Assembly (NCBI GenBank): GCA_963826715.1 | Contig: CAWGYA010000003.1 | Coordinates: forward strand, 1-16,925 | Length of the DNA stretch: 16,925 bases | DNA from: Candidatus Bathyarchaeota archaeon | GTDB taxonomy: Archaea; Thermoproteota; Bathyarchaeia; Bathyarchaeales; Bathycorpusculaceae | Direction: 5' to 3' | Shown here: piece by piece, positions 7,739 through 15,811 of the stretch | Position numbering within the stretch: the first letter of the stretch is position 1 | How the letters are laid out: each line of letters starts with the position of its first letter | The notes under the pieces: generated by a model | Told to the model about the DNA's origin: nothing | The model's database searches: none | Seen by the model: only the letters and a program-made list of their open reading frames with translations | Translations under genes and position numbers: made by a program

Positions 7739-8054
7739 TTATGCAGTTCTCTCACGCCATCGCTCAGTTAGCTTTGTACCATGATGAACATATCGGTTGG
7801 CGGTTAATGGACTTACATCAATGATAGCTGCTATATCATACTCGGTTGCCTTCTTGAGCTGCTCGAGTAGCAACTGAATGTCTTCCCAAGTGTGCCCAAA
7901 TGTTGGGATTAACCTTTTTGATGTAATACGAAACGTTTTGTCCACTTCTGTAACCACCCTCTGTTTGGTAATGATACTCTCTAACCTCTATAGTGCCATC
8001 TCTTGTTTGGCATCTAGTATGGGCCGTTAGTGATCTACCCTTTCGCTTCAGCAT
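7739..8054 (-). pseudogene. C-terminal fragment of a second tyrosine recombinase, frameshifted at about 7848-7850
   Basis: Joining ORF 7836-8054 to ORF 7739-7957 gives IKKVNPNIWAHLGRHSVATRAAQEG/ATEYDIAAIIDVSPLTANRYV. This has an HxxRHSxAT box II motif (7866-7892) and a Tyr 31 residues after the Arg. No box I is found upstream. Confidence 0.78.
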
Positions 8055-8180
8055 TTAGAACACTGTCTTAGATAATGTGGGTGTTCAGAACCATTTGGCT
8101 ATCTAATAGTGATTTTAGCAATTCAAATGCAAGTTTTATATTTGAAAGGTACTATGAGTGAAATTGAGGAACCCCTGAGA

Positions 8181-8204
8181 TGTTAGTTAGTATTTGCAGG
8201 GGGC
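8181..8204 (-). repeat. Right imperfect terminal inverted repeat
   Basis: 18/24 match to 118-141 in inverted orientation. It is also part of a local dyad, CCCCTG (8172-8177)...CAGGGG (8197-8202). Confidence 0.55.
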
Positions 8205-8210
8205 AAGCAA

Positions 8211-8221
8211 ATTTAAGCTTA
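8211..8221 (+). repeat. Right direct repeat ATTTAAGCTTA
   Basis: 10/11 identical to 102-112, and 22 nt from the radical SAM stop codon. Confidence 0.45.
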
Positions 8222-8243
8222 GTCATTGCATTGACAGATTAAA

Positions 8244-9722
8244 CTACTCGATTTGCCTAACTTTACGTTTCGCAATCGCTGAGAACCCCTTATAGAATTC
8301 CTTCATAATACTCTGATACCACTTATCCTTAAAAGACCAATCAATGAGGTTATCAACCCAGTAAAAATCATGTTCAGCACACTTAATTAGCAGCTGCTTG
8401 TGACGCTCGCTGAGTTTGGTTTTGGTGAACCAATCTTTACTTGTGAGGTGCCCCAACGGTACAAAAAATAGAGGTACGATTAGACTGCGCATCCCTTTGA
8501 GATCGTCGACTAAGTCCATAGTTTGAGTGATATCTTCTTCTTTCTCCTCCGGCAAACCCACTATTATGGTGCAAGCTGGAACCATCTTGTTGTCATGCAT
8601 CAATCCCATCCCCTGAACTACGACTTCATGCCAACTATCGGCGCTGAATGGATGAGCTTTAGCAGGCATAATTTTCTTTGCAATCGCCGGCGACCCCGTT
8701 TCTATACCAATCTCTGCACCCCACCACGCCTGCTTTTGCAGAATAATCTCAGAAAGCTCCGAGAAAAGCTTTGGTGAGGATGCAACAGCAGCTAAGGAAC
8801 AGTGACTCCAACTGATACTGTCAACCTGCTTCATCACCATTTCATGCAAGTGCAAGAGTTTTTCATCGTTTGGAATAGTATTTTTTGAGCCATAAAGCAT
8901 CACATCCTCTGAGTGAAGACATGTTCCTTTTACTTTTCCCGATGATAAATTAGTTATTAATTCGCGTTCAATCTTATCAATTGGATACCATCTTAGAGGG
9001 CGAACTGTCACATTACAAAACTGACAACCTCGACAGCAACCGCGTCCAATCTCAATTAAACCATTTATGGATGGAGCGGTGATATCCGGGATTTCCTCAA
9101 GGGTAGGCACTTCGTCGAATGATACTTGATAGTGGCTTGGTAAATCTTGACCTTCAATGGCGGCACGGAAAAGTTTACCTACGACATTTTCGCCTTCTCC
9201 TTCAACGATGCAATCTATACCCAGGTCTTTGATTGAATTTTCTCTATATTTGAATTGCCAAGATCCTGGTCCTCCAACAATGATTTTTAAGCCGTTACGT
9301 TTGGCTTTCTGCACCTCAGGACTACTTAATAAGGCATGGAAGTATTTGGCGAGGAAGGGTTCTTTTTTGAATAGAGATGCAAGTGTAGTGGATGCGGGAC
9401 CAAGACCGAAGGGATCCATGGCGTATATTCCAAGGACAGCAGCATCTTTAAGTTTGCTTTTCAGGTGTATGGGACTCACTACGTCGACACTAAAGCCCTC
9501 TTTTAGCAATTGGGCCTCAGTTTTTCTGAGACCATAGGGAGCAGTCAAAGGATAACCCCTTCGGGCTTCCAAAGGTGGAAAAAACAGATAGCTGAAGAGC
9601 CACTCGGGTATGAAGTTGGGGGGTGCGCAGGTTCCGAATCCCAGAAATTCATTGTGATGATAGTTGCTCATTAAAGTTCGGTCAGCCGTTAAAACTACAT
9701 CTGCCCGTTTTTTGTACTCCAT
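8244..9722 (-). CDS. Archaeal radical SAM protein with an N-terminal B12-binding-like domain (possibly Grs/Gms-related)
   Basis: CxxxCxxC motif in GRGCCRGCQFC, IIVGGPG and VEGEGE typical of class B-like radical SAM proteins, GIETGS and IVGLP. Confidence 0.88.
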   Translation of the reverse strand: MEYKKRADVVLTADRTLMSNYHHNEFLGFGTCAPPNFIPEWLFSYLFFPPLEARRGYPLTAPYGLRKTEAQLLKEGFSVDVVSPIHLKSKLKDAAVLGIYAMDPFGLGPASTTLASLFKKEPFLAKYFHALLSSPEVQKAKRNGLKIIVGGPGSWQFKYRENSIKDLGIDCIVEGEGENVVGKLFRAAIEGQDLPSHYQVSFDEVPTLEEIPDITAPSINGLIEIGRGCCRGCQFCNVTVRPLRWYPIDKIERELITNLSSGKVKGTCLHSEDVMLYGSKNTIPNDEKLLHLHEMVMKQVDSISWSHCSLAAVASSPKLFSELSEIILQKQAWWGAEIGIETGSPAIAKKIMPAKAHPFSADSWHEVVVQGMGLMHDNKMVPACTIIVGLPEEKEEDITQTMDLVDDLKGMRSLIVPLFFVPLGHLTSKDWFTKTKLSERHKQLLIKCAEHDFYWVDNLIDWSFKDKWYQSIMKEFYKGFSAIAKRKVRQIE

Positions 9723-9771
9723 AAGCCTTTCTCCAATAATCGGCCCTTCTAAAAGAAAAACTATTCTATTA

Positions 9772-9790
9772 TAGAGATATAACTTTATTG
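9772..9790 (-). promoter_or_regulatory. Possible BRE-TATA for the radical SAM gene, in the divergent intergenic region shared with the por operon
   Basis: Minus strand reads CAATAAAGTTATATCTCTA, about 55 nt upstream of the ATG. Confidence 0.35.
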
Positions 9791-9990
9791 CTTACTATGT
9801 AACGAAGCAAAAAATTTTAAGAAAAATTGTTTCTTTTAAAACAACTGAACTCAAGACAAATGAGTTTTACTTCAGAGGTGTTTCACACAATTTTTACGTT
9901 TAACCGAGAAGTTTTTGTTTAATAACTAGAAAAATGTATATCAAGGTAGTTGTCATTTTTACTGAGAAATACTTTAGTGAAGGGACTGCT

Positions 9991-10554
9991 TTGAAAAAGA
10001 TGGTAGAGTTTAGATGGCATGGCAGAGGCGGTCAAGGCGCTTGGACAGCTAGCGAACTTTTGGCCAGAACCGCCCTAGATGAAGGCAAATACATCCAATC
10101 ATTCCCTGAGTTTGGACCTGAACGCATGGGGGCACCTGTAACGGCTTTCACCAGAATCAGCGCTAAACCAATAAGGTTACATTGTGCAGTATACGACCCG
10201 GATGTTGTTGTGGTTCTTGACAATTCATTGTTAAGGACTGTACCCGTGACTGCTGGGTTAAACCGCGATGAAGACTGTTTAATAATAAATTCCAGTGAAG
10301 ACCCAAAAAAATTGAAAGAAGAACTTCGGGTGGTTAAAGGAAAAGTCTGGACAGTTCCGGCAACCGAAATTGCGCTGCGTATTTTAGGTGCGCCTATAAC
10401 TAACACTGCCCTTCTAGGAGCTGTTGCAAAAGCCACCGACATTATTAGTATTGAAGGCGTTGCAAAGACACTTAAGGGTCGTTTCCGTGCGGATTTGGCT
10501 GAAAAAAACTATGCAGTAATCAAGGAAGCATACCAGGAGGCAAAATCTGAGTGA
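9991..10554 (+). CDS. porC: Pyruvate/2-oxoacid:ferredoxin oxidoreductase gamma subunit
   Basis: EFRWHGRGGQG, FPEFGPERMGAPV, PDVVVVLD and NTALLGA. The real start is more likely TTG 9991 or ATG 10000 than 9934. Confidence 0.92.
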   Translation: MKKMVEFRWHGRGGQGAWTASELLARTALDEGKYIQSFPEFGPERMGAPVTAFTRISAKPIRLHCAVYDPDVVVVLDNSLLRTVPVTAGLNRDEDCLIINSSEDPKKLKEELRVVKGKVWTVPATEIALRILGAPITNTALLGAVAKATDIISIEGVAKTLKGRFRADLAEKNYAVIKEAYQEAKSE

Positions 10555-10841
10555 GCAAAGAAAAAGGCTGGCGTGAAATCGCGATTGCTGGTGTCTGCCC
10601 CAAATCAAGTATCGGCTTCATGACTGGCGATTGGAAAACCTTCATGCCTGTGCGGGACCTTGAGAAATGCACCGTCTGCTTAACATGCGTGATGATGTGC
10701 CCTGATGGCGCCATTAGACACCGTCCTGAGATGGGTAAAATCGAGTTTGACATGACCTTCTGTAAGGGCTGTGGTATATGTGCCAATGTATGCCCAACGA
10801 AGGCAATCACAATGAAAATTGATGACGACGAGAAGGAATAG
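10551..10841 (+). CDS. porD: Pyruvate/2-oxoacid:ferredoxin oxidoreductase delta subunit (2x[4Fe-4S])
   Basis: TGDWKTFMP, CTVCLTCVMMCPD and CKGCGICANVCP. The GTG start overlaps the porC stop, with GGAGG upstream. Confidence 0.93.
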   Translation: MSKEKGWREIAIAGVCPKSSIGFMTGDWKTFMPVRDLEKCTVCLTCVMMCPDGAIRHRPEMGKIEFDMTFCKGCGICANVCPTKAITMKIDDDEKE

Positions 10842-10843
10842 GT

Positions 10844-12076
10844 ATGGAACAACAAACTAAACAGCAAACCATGGCTCTTAACGGAGACGAAGCCGTGGCT
10901 TACGCAGCAAAACAATGCGACGTGGATGTCGTTGCTGCTTACCCCATTACGCCTCAAACTATTATAGTGGAGAAGTTTAGCGAGTATGTCGCCAACGGAG
11001 AGGTGAAAACACAATTTGTATGCACCGAGTCCGAGCACAGCGCCATGACAGCTTGTATAGGCGCCGCAGCAACTGGTGTTCGCACCTTCACCGCAAGTGC
11101 TTCGGCAGGGCTAGCTTTGATGAATGAAATGCTCTTTGTTGCTTCAGGCTCCCGAATGCCAATAGTGATGGCTGTTGCAAACCGTGCCCTGTCTTCACCG
11201 CTAAACATTCACGGAGATCAATCCGATAGCATGTCCGCACGGGACAGCGGGTGGATGCAGATTTATGTTGAAAATGCGCAGGAAGCCTACGACTCAATTA
11301 TTCAGGCCTTCAAGATTTCGGAGGATTTAGGCGTGTCTTTACCCATGATTGTGGGCTTGGATGGATTTACTTTGAGTCACTCACTTGAAAACGTAGACGT
11401 TCTTCCAGACGAGGTAGTTATGCGCTTCGTGGGTGAACGAAAACTCCCCATCGTACTAACTCATGAAGGTAAAAAGGTTCCTTTCAAACTTGATCCAGCT
11501 AACCCGATGACTATGGGACCTGTTGCCTTCCAAAACTACTACTTCGAATTCAAGCGGCAACAAGAAGAAGGCATGAAAAACGCACTCAAACGAATTAAAG
11601 AAGTTCACAGTGAATACGCAAAAATAAGCGGCAGAAGCTACGGCAATGGTCTAATTGATCCCTACTTCACCGATGACGCGGACATCATAGTAATTAGTGT
11701 AGGCTCAACTTCCGGCACACTTAAAGTCATAGTGGATGAACTACGCAGTGAAGGCATTAAAGCTGGACTACTGCGATTAAGGACTTTCAGACCTCTGCCA
11801 GTTGAAGAGTTACAGAATGCATTAAAAAATGCCAAGGCAGTTGCAGTAATGGACAAGAGCATTAGTTTTGGCGGGTTCGGCGGGGCAGTTTTCCATGAGG
11901 TGCGCCACACGCTCTATGACATTCACCCAAATCCACTCATAGTCAACTTCATTTACGGTTTAGGCGGAAGAGATTATAGCCCGCATGAACTCCGCAAAGT
12001 CTTCGAGTACCTCATGTCAATTGTTAAAACAGGTAATGCTGACACTAAAGTGCATTACTTGGGGCTAAGGGAGTAG
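10844..12076 (+). CDS. porA: Pyruvate/2-oxoacid:ferredoxin oxidoreductase alpha subunit
   Basis: AAYPITPQT, ESEHSAM, ANRALSSPLNIHGDQSD, DGFTLSH and YGLGGRD. Confidence 0.94.
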   Translation: MEQQTKQQTMALNGDEAVAYAAKQCDVDVVAAYPITPQTIIVEKFSEYVANGEVKTQFVCTESEHSAMTACIGAAATGVRTFTASASAGLALMNEMLFVASGSRMPIVMAVANRALSSPLNIHGDQSDSMSARDSGWMQIYVENAQEAYDSIIQAFKISEDLGVSLPMIVGLDGFTLSHSLENVDVLPDEVVMRFVGERKLPIVLTHEGKKVPFKLDPANPMTMGPVAFQNYYFEFKRQQEEGMKNALKRIKEVHSEYAKISGRSYGNGLIDPYFTDDADIIVISVGSTSGTLKVIVDELRSEGIKAGLLRLRTFRPLPVEELQNALKNAKAVAVMDKSISFGGFGGAVFHEVRHTLYDIHPNPLIVNFIYGLGGRDYSPHELRKVFEYLMSIVKTGNADTKVHYLGLRE

Positions 12077-12088
12077 GAGTAAAACAAA

Positions 12089-13057
12089 ATGACGACAGAA
12101 GAATGGAAATTCACCGCAAAGGAAATTGCAGCAAAACCTGACCTGTTTCAATCAGGTCACCGTGCATGCGCAGGCTGTGGTCCGGCATCCGTGTTACGTC
12201 TGATAATGAAAGCTACCCGCGGACCAACAATCGTGACCGAGGCAACAGGTTGCATGGAAGTAGTTTCCTCAATATACCCATATACATCTTGGGCTGTACC
12301 TTGGCTACACACAGCATTTGAAAATGCCGCAGCAAACGCTTCAGGAATCGATGCCGCACTTAAAGCTTTGGAAAATAAAGGCCAACTAAAAGAACACATT
12401 GACGTCATCGCAATTGCAGGCGATGGTGGTACATTTGATATCGGCTTGCAGGCACTATCAGGCGCAGTTGAACGTGGACACGATTTTCTCTTTATACTCT
12501 ATGATAATGAAGGCTACATGAATACAGGCATCCAACGCAGTGGCGGAACTCCTACTGGAGCAGCAACAACCACAACACCCGCCGGGAAGGTTATCCCAGG
12601 TAAACTCGAAAAGAAAAAACCTATAACCGAAATCATGCTAGCACATGAAATGGAATACGTCGCTACCGCCTCACCTTACTACTGGAAAGACATGCTTACT
12701 AAAGTCCGCAAAGGATTAGAAGTCAAAGGACCCGCATTTCTTCACGTCTTCGCGCCCTGCCCGCGAGGTTGGAGAAGCGATCCCGCCAAAACAATGGAAT
12801 ACGCCAAACTCGGAGTTGAATCCTGTGTGTTTCCAATCTGGGAAGCAGTCAACGGCAAACGAGAGCTTTCAATCCCCAGTAAAATTATTGCTCTTGCACC
12901 GCAAAAGAAAAAACCCGTCAAAGAATACCTACAAGGACAAGGCAGATTCCGGCACCTCTTCACACCACAAAACAGCCACATCATCAACGAAATCCAACAG
13001 CGAACCGATGAACGCTGGGCAAAATTACTCCAAAAATGCGAGTCTGGAATACCCTAA
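12089..13057 (+). CDS. porB: Pyruvate/2-oxoacid:ferredoxin oxidoreductase beta subunit (TPP-binding)
   Basis: GHRACAGC, ATGCMEV, the GDGG...YDNEGYMNTGIQRS TPP motif and PCPRGW. AGGAG precedes the ATG. Confidence 0.94.
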   Translation: MTTEEWKFTAKEIAAKPDLFQSGHRACAGCGPASVLRLIMKATRGPTIVTEATGCMEVVSSIYPYTSWAVPWLHTAFENAAANASGIDAALKALENKGQLKEHIDVIAIAGDGGTFDIGLQALSGAVERGHDFLFILYDNEGYMNTGIQRSGGTPTGAATTTTPAGKVIPGKLEKKKPITEIMLAHEMEYVATASPYYWKDMLTKVRKGLEVKGPAFLHVFAPCPRGWRSDPAKTMEYAKLGVESCVFPIWEAVNGKRELSIPSKIIALAPQKKKPVKEYLQGQGRFRHLFTPQNSHIINEIQQRTDERWAKLLQKCESGIP

Positions 13058-13107
13058 CTTTCTCTTTTCTACTCCTAATTTATGTTCCTGAAGGAATTTT
13101 TCTCTAA
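13058..13107. terminator. Short convergent intergenic region with pyrimidine/T tracts, probable por operon terminator
   Basis: CTTTCTCTTTTCT directly follows the porB stop, consistent with archaeal oligo-T termination. Confidence 0.4.
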
Positions 13108-14391
13108 TTAAGAAGTTATTTTAGATCCAGTATGTTTGCTTTTCTGCTCAAAGATAATGCTCCCAGCTGGTAAATCACGTTCCACACTTAGATTTGCGTC
13201 TACCCATGTATTCGCGGCAACTTTGACACCAGGCATAAATGAGGCTTTGATGCCAGTCTTCACATTATCGCCAAGAATTGAACCGAGTTTACGTCTACCA
13301 GTGTCTATGAGCTTGTCTTTGATGACCATTTTGATATTGCTATCATCAAACCGCAAATTCGCCATAATGGTGCCTGCGCCGAGATTGCATTTCTCCCCAA
13401 ACACACTATCACCAACATAGCTAAGATGCCCAATATGAGTACCATCCATAATGATGCTATTTTTGACTTCTACCGCATTCCCCACACGTGTTTTTCTGCC
13501 CAGACTGGTACAACTTCGGATGTAGCAATTGGGACCAACATCAGCTTCCTCATCAATAAAAGTAGGCCCTTCAATGTAGGCACCTGAACGTATCCGCGCC
13601 GTTTTTGCCACAGTAACAGGTCCAATTATATGAGCTCCCTGTTCAACTGTGCCCAAAACACGGTGATTCATGCGTTTGAGAACCCAAACGTTAGCATCAA
13701 GTAAATCCCAAGGTCTACCTACATCAAACCAATCGTCTTTTCTTAGCTCTGCAGCTAAAACAGTTTTACCTTCTTGAGCAAGTAAAGTTATAGCATCCGT
13801 GAGTTCACATTCCCCCCGAACAGATGTTGTGGTTTTTTTGATTTTGTCAAAGACTTCTTTGGAGAAAACATAAATTCCTGCGTTGGCAAGGTTTGAAGGG
13901 GCGTTTTCGACGGATGGTTTCTCTATGATTCCTTTAACATGACCATCTTCAGATAGTTCGATTATGCCATAGTTTTCAGGACAGTCAACTGGCACAACTG
14001 CCATAACCGCTGCGGTTTCGCCAGCTTTGAACTTTGAAAGGACTTCTGAAACGGCATTTTCCCCAAATAGCAAATCGCCGTATATTAAAACAAAATCGCC
14101 ATCCAAGTAAGGCTCCGCACTCGCAGCCGCATTGCCTGTGCCCAAAATCTTTGGCTGCTCCACATATCCCAGCTTCAAGCCATATGCCGAACCGTCACCG
14201 AAGTAGGAACGAATTTTTTCACCCATGTAATGAGTTACAATTATAACGTCCTCAATGCCCGCGTGTTTCGCCGCTTCCAGGCAGAACTGCATAATCGGTT
14301 TCCCGCCGAGTTTAATAAGATGTTTAGGGCGAGTTGCAGTGATAGGTTGAAGTCTTTCGCCTGCGCCTGCCGCCAATATTACTGCTTTCAT
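13108..14391 (-). CDS. glmU: Archaeal bifunctional sugar-1-phosphate nucleotidylyltransferase/acetyltransferase (GlmU-like)
   Basis: LAAGAGERLQP...RPK, LGTGNA, YGD, EKP and DVGRPWDLL, then hexapeptide repeats with HLSYVGDS, ANLRFD and TGRRKLG. Confidence 0.9.
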   Translation of the reverse strand: MKAVILAAGAGERLQPITATRPKHLIKLGGKPIMQFCLEAAKHAGIEDVIIVTHYMGEKIRSYFGDGSAYGLKLGYVEQPKILGTGNAAASAEPYLDGDFVLIYGDLLFGENAVSEVLSKFKAGETAAVMAVVPVDCPENYGIIELSEDGHVKGIIEKPSVENAPSNLANAGIYVFSKEVFDKIKKTTTSVRGECELTDAITLLAQEGKTVLAAELRKDDWFDVGRPWDLLDANVWVLKRMNHRVLGTVEQGAHIIGPVTVAKTARIRSGAYIEGPTFIDEEADVGPNCYIRSCTSLGRKTRVGNAVEVKNSIIMDGTHIGHLSYVGDSVFGEKCNLGAGTIMANLRFDDSNIKMVIKDKLIDTGRRKLGSILGDNVKTGIKASFMPGVKVAANTWVDANLSVERDLPAGSIIFEQKSKHTGSKITS

Positions 14392-15750
14392 CTATGGTGC
14401 CTCGATTCGTTTACAAATTAATTCTGTTGCTTTTGCGGTTATATCTTTTGTTACCGCCTCTGATTCGCCTTCAACTGTTAAGCGGATAAGAGGTTCAGTA
14501 CCGGAGGCACGAATAAGAAGCCACCCGTTTTTGAGAGCTAAACGTACACCGTCTATCATGGAGAAATCAGAAAAGTGGGGGAATGCAACTTTCAATGCAT
14601 CACCTAACTGTTCCACTATCCTATATTTTACAGAATTTGGGCAAGGAATGTTATCACGTTTAGTGATATATGTGGGGGCCTCAGAAACAAACTCAGAAAC
14701 GCTTTTGTTTGCCTCTTCAAGCGCCGCCAAAAACAGTGCGGCCGATAATGGTCCATCAGGACACAGATGTTGCCTTGGATGGACCCAAGCACCGCAAGGT
14801 TCCCCTCCAAACACGCCACTGTGTTTCCCAATTGCTTCAGAAACGTAAATATCACCGACACGAGTGCGCACAACTTTACCCCCAAACCTATGCGCCACCG
14901 TCTCGACGCACATCGAAGCTTCCACATTAGTCACAATGACACCCCCACCGCTGCATCTAAGGGCAAATCCCCCATAGGCGGCCAAAGCACGGTCAAAGTT
15001 AACAAAAATACCATTTTCATCAATAAATGCAACTCTATCTGCGTCACCATCAAACGCGATACCAATATCTGCTTCCAAAGCTTTGACTGCTCCCGCCAAA
15101 TCCTTTAGGGACTCAGCATTAGGCTCGGATTTTCTGGCTGGAAAATAGCCATCGGCCTGAGCGTTAAGAGCCGTGACGTTGCAGCCTAAAGCTTTGAGCA
15201 TTCTAGGAGCAACACTGAAAGCAGCACCGCATCCAGGGTCAACTACTACGCGCCAATGCTTCTTAAGGGAAACATTTCTCTTCACCATATCCAAATAATT
15301 TTCAGTGGCATCAACCATTGTGGTATTTCCTAACCCCTGCCAATTCGCCAATGCAAACCGTCCTTCTGCAACGATATTTTCCACTTTGTTCTGGTCAGCG
15401 TCGGTATATGATAGGCTGTTACCATTGAATACTTTGATTCCGTTATACTGGGGCGGATTATGAGAAGCCGTAAGCATAAAACCGATGTCAGCATTTAGTA
15501 CTTTAGCAGCATAAGCACAAACTGGCGTGGGAACCATCCCTAATAGAGACACAGCAACGCCACAGGATAATAAACCTGAAACTATCGCTTCCTCAATCAT
15601 GTCGCCTGAAACGCGTGTATCTTTAGCTACAACGGCTTTTTTAGCCTTCGCATGAGTCGCCACAGCGGAAGCCACTTTGCATGCAAGAAGTGGCGTTAAA
15701 TCAATGTTTGCTAAGCCTCGAACTCCAGAGCTTCCAAACAGTTTAGCCAT
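14392..15750 (-). CDS. glmM: Phosphoglucosamine mutase / alpha-D-phosphohexomutase
   Basis: LFGSSGVRG, TASHNP (phospho-Ser), DGDADR metal loop, GGEPCG and RASGTEP. Its stop directly abuts the glmU ATG (TAGATG). Likely start is ATG 15750, after GGTG. Confidence 0.88.
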   Translation of the reverse strand: MAKLFGSSGVRGLANIDLTPLLACKVASAVATHAKAKKAVVAKDTRVSGDMIEEAIVSGLLSCGVAVSLLGMVPTPVCAYAAKVLNADIGFMLTASHNPPQYNGIKVFNGNSLSYTDADQNKVENIVAEGRFALANWQGLGNTTMVDATENYLDMVKRNVSLKKHWRVVVDPGCGAAFSVAPRMLKALGCNVTALNAQADGYFPARKSEPNAESLKDLAGAVKALEADIGIAFDGDADRVAFIDENGIFVNFDRALAAYGGFALRCSGGGVIVTNVEASMCVETVAHRFGGKVVRTRVGDIYVSEAIGKHSGVFGGEPCGAWVHPRQHLCPDGPLSAALFLAALEEANKSVSEFVSEAPTYITKRDNIPCPNSVKYRIVEQLGDALKVAFPHFSDFSMIDGVRLALKNGWLLIRASGTEPLIRLTVEGESEAVTKDITAKATELICKRIEAP

Positions 15751-15787
15751 ATTGAGCACCTAGTTGTATGTTGCATAGGTGATAGAG

Positions 15788-15800
15788 GGCTTTAAATAAT
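15788..15800 (-). promoter_or_regulatory. Possible TATA box for glmM-glmU
   Basis: ATTATTTAAAGCC on the minus strand, about 40 nt upstream of the glmM ATG. Confidence 0.35.
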
Positions 15801-15811
15801 TTGGATTAACA

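Larger units (their letters stand above)
102..8221. mobile_element. Degenerate tyrosine-recombinase-associated integrative island of about 8.1 kb
   Basis: Recombinase relics at both ends and in the middle, terminal imperfect inverted repeats flanked by a direct repeat, low coding density, gene fragments, visibly AT-rich spacers, and a position next to a tRNA gene. Confidence 0.7.

Noticed and set aside
198-8054. SSV1-type split integrase (intN/intC generated by integration)
   Set aside because: The left gene has its own complete catalytic domain, the right fragment is dissimilar and on the opposite strand, and neither overlaps tRNA sequence.
9934-9990. Longer N-terminus for porC from ATG 9934
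   Set aside because: Family similarity starts at MVEFRWHGRGGQG, and a purine-rich SD-like stretch precedes TTG 9991/ATG 10000.
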